64,000 bases of DNA from Planctomycetota bacterium (GTDB lineage Bacteria; Planctomycetota; Phycisphaerae; Phycisphaerales; SM1A02). The first letter of the stretch is position 1. Each line of letters begins with the position of its first letter. Shown here piece after piece: positions 19,564-29,394 of the stretch. The position numbers and the translations under genes are program-made. The notes below the pieces were generated by a model, which saw only the letters and a list, made by a program, of their open reading frames with translations, did not search any database and was not told where the DNA came from. The DNA lies in assembly GCA_014381305.1 (NCBI GenBank), contig JACNLW010000043.1:2123-66122 (forward strand), given 5' to 3'.

Positions 19564-21000
19564 ATGCACCACATGAGCGATGAGCGAGCTGAAAATACCA
19601 CCGAAGAGACGCTCGTAGAGGTGGGTAAGACAGTTTCTCCCGAGGATGAACGCGTTGCGGTTTTGATGTCGCACACGATTGATATCTCGGCACTCGCTAC
19701 GGCAGTAGCGAAGCAAAAAGCAGCAGATGCAGCAGACACGCTCGAAGATCTCGATGATCTTGAAGCAGCAGAAGTCATCGAACTCATGGAAGACCAGTCG
19801 GCTTCTAATGCGCTCGCAGAAATGGAAACACCACTCGCAGTCACAATTGTCGAGGATCTCATCGACGATGATCGTGCAAAATATGCCGCAACGCTTCTTT
19901 CGTTGATGGCACCAGACGATGCCGTGAGCATTATTCGATCGGTCGATGATGCATCTGTTGAACCAATATATGTCGCGATGGATGTTTGTGATGCGCGTCT
20001 GTTGCGACAACTCAGTGATTATGAAGAGGAGTCTGCGGCGGGGATCATGACGACTGACTTTGTTTCACTTGATGAAACAATGACGATTACAAAAGTCGTT
20101 GAACTTTTGCGAGAGCGAGAACTTCCCGAACATGTGTTGGATCTTCCAGTCACAAACGAGTTAGATCATCTCGTTGGAATTATCAGTTTACAAACACTCT
20201 TGATTGCATTGTCTGATGAAAAAGTTGGAGATGTGATGTCACACAAAGTTGCGGCAGTCCATAGCGATACCGACAGAGAAGAAGTGGCAAGAGAATTTGA
20301 TCGATATGGCTACGAAATGTTGCCAGTTGTTGATCCCACGCAAAGGTTGCTTGGAATTATTACTGTCGACGATGTTATCGACATCATTGAAGAGGAGCAG
20401 ACCGAAGACGTTCAAAAAACCGTAGGGGCGGGTGCAGGCGAGGCAGTTTATTCTGGCATCGCGGAAAAACTTAAAGGTCGGATGCCGTGGCTTATTGTTT
20501 CTGGATTCATGATGCTGCCGGCAACATTTGTTGTTTTGCATTATGAATCGCTCATCGCAGAGGTTGCACTTCTTGCTGTTTTTATGCCGCTCATTGCTGC
20601 GCTTTCTGGAAACGCAGGACACCAAGCCCTTGCAGTTACTTTGCGGGGCATTGTGCTTGATGAAGTGCGCCGCGATCGTATTTGGCCACTCATTCGTAGG
20701 GAGTTACTTGTTGGTGTGATCAGCGGAACAGTTCTCGGTGGTACTGCGGCAATTTCATTACAACTTTTCGGCGACTCCGTATTAGCAACGCGCCTTGGCA
20801 TCGTCGTTGCACTTGCAATGCTTGTTTCTATGGCTGCCGGCACACTCACCGGGGCTCTTATTCCGTTAATTATGCGCCGCGTTGGCGCCGATCCCGCCCA
20901 AGCATCTGCTATCTTTTTAGTGATGGTAACTGACGCCGTAGCATTTACTAGTTTGTTGGGTTTTGCAACTATCGCTGTTCATTGGCTACAAGGAAATTAA
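19564..21000 (+). CDS. mgtE: magnesium transporter MgtE
   Basis: The protein has an acidic N-domain, tandem CBS region (GIISLQTLL, GIITVDDVIDIIEEE) and a C-terminal TM domain with GNAGHQALAV. GTG 19549 or ATG 19564/19573 are possible starts. Confidence 0.93.
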   Translation: MHHMSDERAENTTEETLVEVGKTVSPEDERVAVLMSHTIDISALATAVAKQKAADAADTLEDLDDLEAAEVIELMEDQSASNALAEMETPLAVTIVEDLIDDDRAKYAATLLSLMAPDDAVSIIRSVDDASVEPIYVAMDVCDARLLRQLSDYEEESAAGIMTTDFVSLDETMTITKVVELLRERELPEHVLDLPVTNELDHLVGIISLQTLLIALSDEKVGDVMSHKVAAVHSDTDREEVAREFDRYGYEMLPVVDPTQRLLGIITVDDVIDIIEEEQTEDVQKTVGAGAGEAVYSGIAEKLKGRMPWLIVSGFMMLPATFVVLHYESLIAEVALLAVFMPLIAALSGNAGHQALAVTLRGIVLDEVRRDRIWPLIRRELLVGVISGTVLGGTAAISLQLFGDSVLATRLGIVVALAMLVSMAAGTLTGALIPLIMRRVGADPAQASAIFLVMVTDAVAFTSLLGFATIAVHWLQGN

Positions 21001-21001
21001 C

Positions 21002-21535
21002 ATGATTCGAGATATAGAACGAATACTTATTGCACGAGGCGCAATTTCTGATCGCGTGCGTGCACTTGCTGAAGAGATCACACGCGACATCAATGAAAAG
21101 GAAGATGAGGCAGAACTAGTCCTTGTAGCTGTGATGACAGGAAGTATTATTTTTGTTGCTGATTTGATGCGCAATTTACCTATGAAAATACGAATTCAAC
21201 TTATGACCGCAAGTAGTTACGTTGGAAAAACAACAACAAGTTCTCACGATCCAGTTGTGGGTAAACTCCCCGACGTAACAGGCAAGCACGTTCTTCTTGT
21301 GGATGATATTTTGGATTCTGGTAAAACGCTTACACGCATTCAAGGGGAACTTGAAACTCTGCACCCAAAATCTGTTGACACGTGCGTGTTGTTACGTAAG
21401 AAACTACCATCTGCGATGGCTGTTCCATGTACGTACGTTGGGTTTGATATTGAAGATGAATTTGTCGTCGGATATGGGCTTGACTACGATGATTATTACC
21501 GCAATTTTCCAGACATTTGTGTGATTAATCCATAA
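21002..21535 (+). CDS. hpt: hypoxanthine phosphoribosyltransferase
   Basis: VLLVDDILDSGKTL is the PRPP-binding motif. The size is 177 aa, and GYGLDYDDYYRNFPDI is the typical Hpt C-terminus. ATG lies 2 nt after the mgtE stop. Confidence 0.93.
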   Translation: MIRDIERILIARGAISDRVRALAEEITRDINEKEDEAELVLVAVMTGSIIFVADLMRNLPMKIRIQLMTASSYVGKTTTSSHDPVVGKLPDVTGKHVLLVDDILDSGKTLTRIQGELETLHPKSVDTCVLLRKKLPSAMAVPCTYVGFDIEDEFVVGYGLDYDDYYRNFPDICVINP

Positions 21536-21565
21536 ACAGACAACAGATCTGCGGGTCGTTTATTG

Positions 21566-22504
21566 TTACGCTGGGCTTGGTACTGTTTCAAGTACTTGCT
21601 GCATGATGCGACGAGTTGCATTTGTGTCACCGTCATGCATATATGTACGACTAACCACTCTGTGTGAACAAACAGGCAATACATTTGAAACCACATCTTC
21701 TGGAATGCAATAATCTCGACCTTCTAACAAGGCAGTCGCACGCGCAGTTTGCGCAAGTGCGAGCGCACCGCGCGGGCTTACGCCCACCTGTAAATCTTCA
21801 GCCTGCCTTGTAGCACTTGCAATTGCAATCATGTAATCCACAAGATCATCGTTTATTTTTATCTCATCAACTTGTTGCTGCATCGCAACAACCTCTTCAC
21901 TAGTCATGACTGTTTTTAGGGTTTTTAAACTGGTTCTAGCAGGTTGTTTTCGAATCACCCGCCGTTCATCCTCTGGCGATGGATATCCCAAGTTAATACG
22001 CATTAAAAAACGATCAAGTTGATTTTCTGGAAGAAAGTATGTTCCCTCAAACTCATAGGGGTTCTGTGTTGCAATAACCATAAACGGCGCTGGCAAAGGT
22101 CGAGTTTCGCCATCAACTGTTACAACCGCTTCGCTCATTGCTTCTAACAATGCTGATTGCGTTCTTGGAGTTGTACGGTTAATTTCATCTGCAACGATGA
22201 TATTGTTAAAGACAGGACCTGCACGGAATGAAAATTCAGAACTTGTCCTGTCGAACATATTGATTCCAGTGATATCACTCGGAAGTAAATCCGGCGTACA
22301 TTGAATTCGGGCAAACGAGCAATCGATCGATTTCGCCACTGCACTTGCCAATACAGTCTTTCCAACTCCAGGAACGTCTTCGATTAAAATGTGTCCTCTT
22401 GCAAGAAGTGCCACGATCACACGGTCGATAGCGCCCGCGTTTCCCATGTACACTGACGCAATATTGCGTTGCAATTCTTGAAGTTTGTGCTGTGATTTGA
22501 CCAT
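21566..22504 (-). CDS. MoxR-family AAA+ ATPase
   Basis: GHILIEDVPGVGKT (Walker A), IVADEINR (Walker B) and VIATQNP are MoxR/RavA-type signatures. ATG 22504 is preferred over GTG 22525. Confidence 0.92.
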   Translation of the reverse strand: MVKSQHKLQELQRNIASVYMGNAGAIDRVIVALLARGHILIEDVPGVGKTVLASAVAKSIDCSFARIQCTPDLLPSDITGINMFDRTSSEFSFRAGPVFNNIIVADEINRTTPRTQSALLEAMSEAVVTVDGETRPLPAPFMVIATQNPYEFEGTYFLPENQLDRFLMRINLGYPSPEDERRVIRKQPARTSLKTLKTVMTSEEVVAMQQQVDEIKINDDLVDYMIAIASATRQAEDLQVGVSPRGALALAQTARATALLEGRDYCIPEDVVSNVLPVCSHRVVSRTYMHDGDTNATRRIMQQVLETVPSPA

Positions 22505-22561
22505 AGTAGAATTACGAGTATACACCCATCAGGTGCAACCCAACACGAGATCCACCGAAAC

Positions 22562-23458
22562 ATGCAATTAAACCAAGAATCACCAATCGCAAATCAGTTA
22601 CAGGAAATGGTTGTGAACCGCCAACTCAGTTGCGCTCGGTGTGGGTATGACCTTAAATCACTGTCTGCCGATGGCAACTGTCCCGAATGTGGAGAACCAA
22701 TCCGTCTTACAATTATTGATACCGTTGATCCTGCCGCGCGCCGTCTTCCCCCGATCGAACGCCCGCTCGCTACAGGGAATGCACTTGTTTGTATTTCCGT
22801 TTTTCTTTTTCTTGCAGTTGCATGCGCGGTTTTAGTTTTGCTGAGCAACGCGCCGAAATCTTTACCAATTCCAAATGCCATTTGCACTCTTAACGATCCA
22901 ATTTGGATCTGTGTTTCATCGGCATTTGCAGGAATAGCTTTCGTTTCTTTGATACCAATTATGCGAATGTGTCGCTGCGGTTTGATTCAAGGTTGCAAAC
23001 TTGGGATTGCCCTCACAGGTTCAGGTTTACTTTCATTTGCAATTTTAATGGGTGCTTCTAGGTGGGTTCTTCTTGGTGGAATAGACAACGGGGTTATCGT
23101 TACGCTTCTGTTTGATTCGCTGCTTCCAGCAATTTCTCTTGGGATCATATTCACCGGTCTTCGAAGATTGGTTCCAAGACTCGGTCAACGTAGCCGTGAA
23201 TTTCGCCTTGCGCAAGGAAGCCGCCAACGCATGAACGATCTTCTTGCCGCGTTGGTTTTTGTAGTCATAGGTCGATCGCTTATTTCGATTTCATCTTACG
23301 ATTCCAACCTCGCAACCCTTGGCATGATCATTATGGTTCTGAGCATTACGCTTGTAGTCGTGGGTCTTCTGTACCTCATTCGCAATACCTTTTGGATTCG
23401 GTCGGCGCTATGCTCGCCGCCCCCCTCGCTCGGGCAACTTCTTAAACCCAAAGAGTAA
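22562..23458 (+). CDS. hypothetical membrane protein with N-terminal zinc ribbon
   Basis: An N-terminal CARCGYDL...CPECGEP motif (C-x2-C ... C-x2-C) is followed by about 6 hydrophobic segments. Confidence 0.65.
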   Translation: MQLNQESPIANQLQEMVVNRQLSCARCGYDLKSLSADGNCPECGEPIRLTIIDTVDPAARRLPPIERPLATGNALVCISVFLFLAVACAVLVLLSNAPKSLPIPNAICTLNDPIWICVSSAFAGIAFVSLIPIMRMCRCGLIQGCKLGIALTGSGLLSFAILMGASRWVLLGGIDNGVIVTLLFDSLLPAISLGIIFTGLRRLVPRLGQRSREFRLAQGSRQRMNDLLAALVFVVIGRSLISISSYDSNLATLGMIIMVLSITLVVVGLLYLIRNTFWIRSALCSPPPSLGQLLKPKE

Positions 23459-23682
23459 TCGCGGGTCATTTTTAGTGAAATCTGCCAGCATGGCAGTGTT
23501 TCGAGCACCAATAGAAGAGATTGCGGAAATAAGGGCACCTAAAGGTGGGGTTGGGCTCTATTTTGGCGCAGCATTTGTACCCATAAGTGGTGTGCTGCGG
23601 TGCAACGTGCCTGTGGTGATCGAAAAGGAAGAGGTTTTTTTGCCCTAATAATGGCGAAAAGCACCAAACAGGAGACAAACCC

Positions 23683-25371
23683 ATGGCCGCAAAAGATTTG
23701 GCCTTTGATGTCGAAGCTCGAAAAAAGATGTTGCAGGGCGTAGAAAAACTCGCCTCCGCAGTCAAGTCAACCCTTGGACCACGTGGCCGAAATGCTGTGT
23801 TGGATAAATCTTGGGGTGGACCAACTGTCACCAAAGATGGCGTGACCGTTGCTGAAGAAATTGAGCTTCGCGACAAAATAGAAAACCAAGGCGCACAACT
23901 TGTAAAAGAAGTTGCTTCAAAAACTTCTGATGACGCGGGTGATGGCACAACGACTGCAACAGTGCTTGCTGAAGCAATTTTCAAGAGTGGACTTCGGCAC
24001 CTCGCTGCTGGAACTGATGCAAACGCATTGGTTCGCGGTATTCGAAGGGCGACTGAAACTGTTACTGAATCAATTCGTAACATGTCAACATCAGTTGAAA
24101 ATAACATTGAAGCTGTCGCAACAATCTCTGCAAACAACGACCCAGAAGTTGGCAAGATTATGGCAAACGCTTTTTCCAAAGTTGGAAAAGATGGCGTGAT
24201 CACAGTTGAAGAAGGCAAAAGTCTTGATACAACAGTTGATGTTGTCGAAGGCATGCAGTTTGACCGAGGGTTCCTCAGTCCAAACTTCGTGACTGATATG
24301 GATAACATGACCGTCACGCTCACCAAGCCACTTGTTCTTATTTATGAAGACAAACTTGATTCAGCAAAACAAATCGTTCCACTCCTTGAAAAAGTGATGG
24401 AATCAAAACGCCCACTTCTCATCATTGCAGAAGATGTCACGGGTGAAGCACTCTCTACACTCGTGATTAATAAACTTCGCGGTGTTTTACAGGTTGTTGC
24501 CGTGAAAGCTCCGGGGTATGGCGATCGGCGTAAAGCAATGCTCGAAGACATTGCAGTTCTCACTGGTGGCGAAGCGATCATGAAGGATCTTGGTTTGGAT
24601 ATCGAAAAACTAAGCCTCGGCCAACTCGGTCAAGCGAAGAAAGTCGAAGTTACAAATAACAATACGATCATCATGGAAGGCGCTGGAACAACAGCAGACA
24701 TTCAGGGCAGAATTGCACGAATTCGTGATGAAATATCAAACAGCACATCAGATTATGATTGCGAAAAATTACAAGAACGGCTCGCGAAACTTGCAGGCGG
24801 TATCGCACAAATCAACGTAGGTGCTGCAACTGAAGCCGAATTGAAGGAACGCAAGGCTCGTGTTGAAGATGCATTGCATGCAACGCGTGCTGCAATTGAC
24901 GAGGGTGTTGTTCCAGGCGGCGGTGTGAGTTTCATTCGTGCTATTCCAGCACTCGATAAAGCACGCAAGGCTGCGAAGGGTGATGAAAAAATTGGCGTCG
25001 ATGTAATCGCTGATGCACTTGTTGTCCCGCTTCGAACAATTGCAGATAACGCAGGTGCAAAAGGCAGTGTCGTCGTTGCAAAAGTTTCCGAACAAAAAGG
25101 CAGTCACGGATTCAACGCTTTGACGCTCGAATATGGCGACTTACTTGCAGACGGTGTTATGACACCCGCAAAAGTAGACCGTTGCGCGTTGCAAAACGCT
25201 GCATCCGTTGCGAGTTTGATGTTGTCAACAGATTGCATCATCACCAGTCAACCCGAAGAGGAAGAAGCAGTGCCCGCTGGCGGCGGCATGGATCCTATGG
25301 GCGGCATGGGTGGCATGGGCGGTATGGGTGGAATGCCAGGAATGGGCGGCATGCCAGGCATGGGCTTTTAA
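23683..25371 (+). CDS. groL: chaperonin GroEL (copy 1, with GGM tail)
   Basis: [20 protein letters not shown]...[26 protein letters not shown] and [10 protein letters not shown] are present. The C-terminus has [23 protein letters not shown] repeats. Confidence 0.98.
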   Translation: MAAKDLAFDVEARKKMLQGVEKLASAVKSTLGPRGRNAVLDKSWGGPTVTKDGVTVAEEIELRDKIENQGAQLVKEVASKTSDDAGDGTTTATVLAEAIFKSGLRHLAAGTDANALVRGIRRATETVTESIRNMSTSVENNIEAVATISANNDPEVGKIMANAFSKVGKDGVITVEEGKSLDTTVDVVEGMQFDRGFLSPNFVTDMDNMTVTLTKPLVLIYEDKLDSAKQIVPLLEKVMESKRPLLIIAEDVTGEALSTLVINKLRGVLQVVAVKAPGYGDRRKAMLEDIAVLTGGEAIMKDLGLDIEKLSLGQLGQAKKVEVTNNNTIIMEGAGTTADIQGRIARIRDEISNSTSDYDCEKLQERLAKLAGGIAQINVGAATEAELKERKARVEDALHATRAAIDEGVVPGGGVSFIRAIPALDKARKAAKGDEKIGVDVIADALVVPLRTIADNAGAKGSVVVAKVSEQKGSHGFNALTLEYGDLLADGVMTPAKVDRCALQNAASVASLMLSTDCIITSQPEEEEAVPAGGGMDPMGGMGGMGGMGGMPGMGGMPGMGF

Positions 25372-25411
25372 TCGAAAACTAATTATTTAAGAAACAAGTA
25401 TGGAGGCCATC

Positions 25412-25702
25412 ATGGCAGTAAAACCACTAGAAGACAGAATTTTAATTCAACCACTCGAAAGAGAAACCAAAACTGCGTCAGGTATATTTTTACCTGAATC
25501 TGCTGCAGAAAAACCAATGCAAGGCAAGGTCATCGCGACTGGACCAGGCAAACTTCTTGACAGCGGCGAACGAGCCACCATGTCAGTCAAAAAGGGTGAC
25601 ACGGTTGTTTTTGGGAAATACTCAGGTACTGAAATTGAAATTAAGGGCAAGTCACACCTCATTGTTCGCGAAAGTGAATTATTGGGTTTGATCCAAAACT
25701 AA
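25412..25702 (+). CDS. groS: co-chaperonin GroES
   Basis: [31 protein letters not shown] matches GroES. GGAGG lies 5 nt upstream of ATG 25412. Confidence 0.96.
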   Translation: MAVKPLEDRILIQPLERETKTASGIFLPESAAEKPMQGKVIATGPGKLLDSGERATMSVKKGDTVVFGKYSGTEIEIKGKSHLIVRESELLGLIQN

Positions 25703-25730
25703 TTACACCTCTTACAAAATAGAGAACATT

Positions 25731-27344
25731 ATGACAGCTAAACAAATGAAATTTGATTCCGCCGCGCACGAAGAGTTTCTTGCGGGCATCCAAAAAATGA
25801 CTAAAGCAGTTGGTCTTACGTTAGGCCCTGCGGGACGGAACGTCGTTGTACAAAAATCGTACGGCGGACCTTCTGTAACGAAGGACGGAGTTTCAGTTGC
25901 GAAGGAAATTGATCTCCCCGAGCAATTCGAAAACATGGGCGCAAAAATGTTGCACCAAGTTGCAAAGAAAACAGCAGACGTTGCTGGCGATGGCACGACA
26001 AGTGCTACCGTTTTGGCAGAATCTATTTTTAGAAATGGACTGAGGCACATTGCTGTTGGGGCAAACCCAGTCATTGTGCAACGTGGCATCTCGGCTGCAG
26101 CAAAATTTGCAACTGCCGCTGTTGACGAAACGTCAAAGAAGTGCAAAGGCTACGAAGATCTGAAAAAAGTTGCGACGGTTTCCGCAAACCATGACGAAGC
26201 AATCGGCAGCATTATCGCTGAGGCGATCGATAAGGTTGGCGGCGATGGTGTCGTAGAAGTAGAAGAAGGCAAAACCGCAGATACGACAATTGAATACGTC
26301 GAAGGTATGGCGTTTGACAAGGGTTTCTTGAGTCCGTACTTCATGACTGATCCAAAAACTTCGGAATGTATTCTTGAAGATTGCGATATTCTGATTTATG
26401 AAAAGAAGATCTCGAACCTTGCAGATTTACTGCCACTTTTGAATAAAATTGCTGCATCAAGCAAGCCATTACTTTTGATTGCGGAAGACATTGAGAACGA
26501 AGCTCTCGCTGCCTTAGTAATCAATCGTTTGCGTGGATCATTGAAAATCTGTGCTGTGAAAGCCCCAGGCTTTGGAGATCGACGCAAAGCAATGCTTGGA
26601 GATATTGCAGCACTTACTGGCGGTACTTTCTTCTCAGAAGATCTTGGTCGAAGCCTCGAAGACGTTGAATTGAACGAACTTGGTTCAGCCAAACGAATTG
26701 TTGTGACAAAAGATGGAACAACAATTGTTCGTGGTGGTGGCAAGAAGAAAGACATCGAAGCGCGGGTTGGTCAAATCAATGCACAAATTGAGCGATCAAC
26801 AAGTGACTACGACAAAGAAAAGTTACAAGAGCGTCTCGCAAAACTCACTGGCGGTGTTGCTGTTATCCAAGTTGGAGGTGGTAGCGAAGTAGAAATGAAG
26901 GAACGCAAGGATCGTGTTGATGACGCACTTGCTGCGACTCGTGCTGCAGCACAAGAAGGCTACGTCGCTGGTGGTGGCGTTGCATACATTCGTGCAATCG
27001 AAGCCGTTGAAAAAGCACGCAAAAACGCAAAAGGTGATGCAAAACTTGGTTTCGATATTTTAGCAAGTGCGCTTGAAGCGCCCGCAGCATTGATTGCTTC
27101 CAACGGTGGTGATGATGGTGATGTCGTAGTTGAAAAAATCAAGGAAGGCAAGGCTGGATTTGGATTCAATGCAATGACTCGTGAGTACGAAGATTTGATC
27201 AAGGCTGGAATTATTGATCCCGCGCTTGTTGTTCGTACAGCAATTCAAAATGCTGCTTCTGTTTCCGGTTTGATGTTGACGACAAATGTTGTGATTACCG
27301 ATCTTCAAGATGATGAAGATCCAATCGAGAACGCGATTTTCTAA
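25731..27344 (+). CDS. groL: chaperonin GroEL (copy 2, no GGM tail)
   Basis: [20 protein letters not shown]...[26 protein letters not shown] and [10 protein letters not shown] are present. The protein ends [14 protein letters not shown]. Confidence 0.97.
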   Translation: MTAKQMKFDSAAHEEFLAGIQKMTKAVGLTLGPAGRNVVVQKSYGGPSVTKDGVSVAKEIDLPEQFENMGAKMLHQVAKKTADVAGDGTTSATVLAESIFRNGLRHIAVGANPVIVQRGISAAAKFATAAVDETSKKCKGYEDLKKVATVSANHDEAIGSIIAEAIDKVGGDGVVEVEEGKTADTTIEYVEGMAFDKGFLSPYFMTDPKTSECILEDCDILIYEKKISNLADLLPLLNKIAASSKPLLLIAEDIENEALAALVINRLRGSLKICAVKAPGFGDRRKAMLGDIAALTGGTFFSEDLGRSLEDVELNELGSAKRIVVTKDGTTIVRGGGKKKDIEARVGQINAQIERSTSDYDKEKLQERLAKLTGGVAVIQVGGGSEVEMKERKDRVDDALAATRAAAQEGYVAGGGVAYIRAIEAVEKARKNAKGDAKLGFDILASALEAPAALIASNGGDDGDVVVEKIKEGKAGFGFNAMTREYEDLIKAGIIDPALVVRTAIQNAASVSGLMLTTNVVITDLQDDEDPIENAIF

Positions 27345-27360
27345 AGAAATTTTAGGAGTT

Positions 27361-27395
27361 GGGCGCTGCCTTCTAGGCAGCGCCCGCTCATTTTT
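27361..27395 (+). terminator. stem-loop plus T-tract between groEL2 and dnaJ
   Basis: GGGCGCTGCC (27361-27370) pairs with GGCAGCGCCC (27376-27385) around a 5-nt loop. It is followed by GCTCATTTTT, ending immediately before the dnaJ ATG at 27396. Confidence 0.7.
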
Positions 27396-28559
27396 ATGAC
27401 AGTAACACGCGACTATTACGAAATACTTACAGTTACCCGCACCGCGAATGGTGACGAGATTAAGCGCGCTTATCGACGGCTTGCGATGAAGTTTCACCCA
27501 GATAGAAATCCAGGTGATGAAGAAGCAGAACGTAACTTCAAAGAGGCTGCCGAAGCCTACGAAGTGTTGTCTGACGAAAGTAAGCGTCGAACGTATGATC
27601 AGTTTGGTCATGAAGGTTTGCGAGGCCGCGGACACGCTGGTCATGACTTTAATAATATGAATGTTGAAGACATCTTTTCAATGTTCAATGATATTCTTGG
27701 TGGCCGAGGTGGTGGGGGTTTTGGCGGTGGACGACCTCGACAACGCCGCGGCTATGATTTAGAAACTGAAGTACAGATTTCGTTTGACGATGTACTTACA
27801 GGCACAGAGTGCGAAGTTGAATTTGACCGTGTTGATGTGTGCAAAACATGCACGGGAAGTGGTGCGAAGCCTGGGACATCTCCAACAACCTGCACAACTT
27901 GTGGAGGTCAGGGAAAAGTTGCGCAAGCTGGTCTTGGCGGCATGTTTAGAATGGTTTCTGCGTGCCCTGCTTGTCGTGGCAGGGGAAAAGTGATTACTGA
28001 AAAATGTGAAGATTGTCACGGGCAAGGGCGAACGCCAGTGCACCGTAATTTACGCGTGCGAATTCCAGCAGGCATTCATAACGGTCAAGCAGTTCGCGTC
28101 GGTGGTGAGGGCGAACCCCCATCACCTGAAATTTCTCCGGACGGTTCTGGAACCAAAGGTGATCTCCACGTTGTGGTTCGAGTTGAAGAAGACGATCGTT
28201 TTGAACGAGAAGGTGATCATTTAATAAAAATCGTGCCCGTTGCTTTTACTCAACTTGCACTCGGTGCGACAATAACGGTTGATTCTCTTGATGGCGAACA
28301 CGATTTAGACATTCCTTCTGGAACACAAACAAATGAGATTTTTAGAATTTCTGGCGCGGGCTTACCAAGTCTTCGTACGGGGAAGCGTGGTGATCTGGTT
28401 CTTATCGTGCGACTTGTAGTGCCAGAAAAATTGACAGATGAACAGCGAACATTGTTGACAGAATACGCAGACACCGAACATATTCCAGTACATGATGGCG
28501 ATGAACCAGCTGGTTCATTTTGGGACAAACTAAAAGATGCTGTCACAGGCAGGTCTTGA
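27396..28559 (+). CDS. dnaJ: molecular chaperone DnaJ
   Basis: The protein has a J-domain ([29 protein letters not shown]), a G-rich linker and four CxxCxGxG zinc-finger motifs. Confidence 0.97.
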   Translation: MTVTRDYYEILTVTRTANGDEIKRAYRRLAMKFHPDRNPGDEEAERNFKEAAEAYEVLSDESKRRTYDQFGHEGLRGRGHAGHDFNNMNVEDIFSMFNDILGGRGGGGFGGGRPRQRRGYDLETEVQISFDDVLTGTECEVEFDRVDVCKTCTGSGAKPGTSPTTCTTCGGQGKVAQAGLGGMFRMVSACPACRGRGKVITEKCEDCHGQGRTPVHRNLRVRIPAGIHNGQAVRVGGEGEPPSPEISPDGSGTKGDLHVVVRVEEDDRFEREGDHLIKIVPVAFTQLALGATITVDSLDGEHDLDIPSGTQTNEIFRISGAGLPSLRTGKRGDLVLIVRLVVPEKLTDEQRTLLTEYADTEHIPVHDGDEPAGSFWDKLKDAVTGRS

Positions 28560-28574
28560 AGCAAGGAACAAAAG

Positions 28575-29081
28575 ATGATGACTGAACACCCCGAGCAACC
28601 CGAACAACAAGTTGATGTGGCTGAAGAAGAAGTGCAGCAACTGAGCCCTGAGGATCAACTTCGCCTTGAATTGCATGAAGCGAACGAAGCGAAATTACGC
28701 GCGCTTGCAGATTTTAAAAATTATCAAAGAAGGTCGATTGAAAATGAAGCGCGCGCTGTTGAAAGTGGCATGGTTCGGGTTGTCCGTTCAATACTTCCAT
28801 CAGTAGAGCAAATGAATCTAGCAATTGCACATGGTGGAGACGAAGCCGTCATTCAGGGTTTTCAAATGGCACTCGCTGAACTCATGAAAGGTCTTGCTGA
28901 GTGCGGTGTTTCTACGATTACTCCTGAAAAGGGAGACGAATTTGATCCTCAAATGCACGAAGCAATGATGCGTCAAGAAGTTGAAGGAATTGAAACAGAT
29001 CACATTGTTTCATTAATGCAAACAGGTTTTTGTTTGGGCGACATTGTTCTTCAACCAGCGAAGGTATCTGTTGGGGGTTAA
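28575..29081 (+). CDS. grpE: nucleotide exchange factor GrpE
   Basis: LRALADFKNYQRR... and FDPQMHEAM are GrpE hallmarks. The ORF is 168 aa. Confidence 0.92.
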   Translation: MMTEHPEQPEQQVDVAEEEVQQLSPEDQLRLELHEANEAKLRALADFKNYQRRSIENEARAVESGMVRVVRSILPSVEQMNLAIAHGGDEAVIQGFQMALAELMKGLAECGVSTITPEKGDEFDPQMHEAMMRQEVEGIETDHIVSLMQTGFCLGDIVLQPAKVSVGG

Positions 29082-29083
29082 TC

Positions 29084-29377
29084 ATGCCAACGTATGAATA
29101 TAGATGTGATGGATGCGGGCACGAGTTTGAACTTTTTCAGCAAATGTCTGCGCCAGTAAAAAAGAAATGCCCCGATTGCACTAAACTGAAACTTAAGCGC
29201 CTGATTGGTACTGGCTCTGCCGTTATGTTTAAGGGAAGTGGTTTTTACGAAACAGACTATCGTAGCGATTCATACAAAAAAGCTGCAAAGGCAGAAAAAG
29301 AATCGTCTAAGCCGAAAGAGAAGAAGACCGAATCTAAAAAAACTTCTTCTTCGAATGGCAAGAAACCCAAGTCATAA
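29084..29377 (+). CDS. FmdB-family zinc-ribbon protein
   Basis: MPTYEYRCDGCGHEFELFQQMS....CPDC matches the FmdB/CxxC-CxxC regulatory zinc-ribbon family. It has a Lys/Ser-rich tail. ATG lies 3 nt after the grpE stop. Confidence 0.85.
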   Translation: MPTYEYRCDGCGHEFELFQQMSAPVKKKCPDCTKLKLKRLIGTGSAVMFKGSGFYETDYRSDSYKKAAKAEKESSKPKEKKTESKKTSSSNGKKPKS

Positions 29378-29394
29378 CTGTTAGCATTCCCATT

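Noticed and set aside
23459-23682. Looked for a CIRCE/HrcA operator or other known heat-shock element upstream of groEL1
   Set aside because: No TTAGCACTC-N9-GAGTGCTAA-like inverted repeat is present. There are only short generic hairpins (CTGCCA-GCA-TGGCAG; CGCAGCA-N19-TGCTGCG), which I cannot tie to a known element.
23472-24326. 284-aa antisense ORF inside groEL1, and similar long shadow ORFs: 19519-20010 in mgtE, 36359-37033 in the metalloprotease, 27060-27644 across groEL2/dnaJ, 18655-19251 in the LOG gene, 8317-8925 in alaS and 31200-31784 in rnr
   Set aside because: Each lies antisense to, or out of frame within, a gene with unambiguous conserved motifs. Their compositions (Ser/Thr/Ala/Arg-rich or Cys-rich) are typical of shadow frames.
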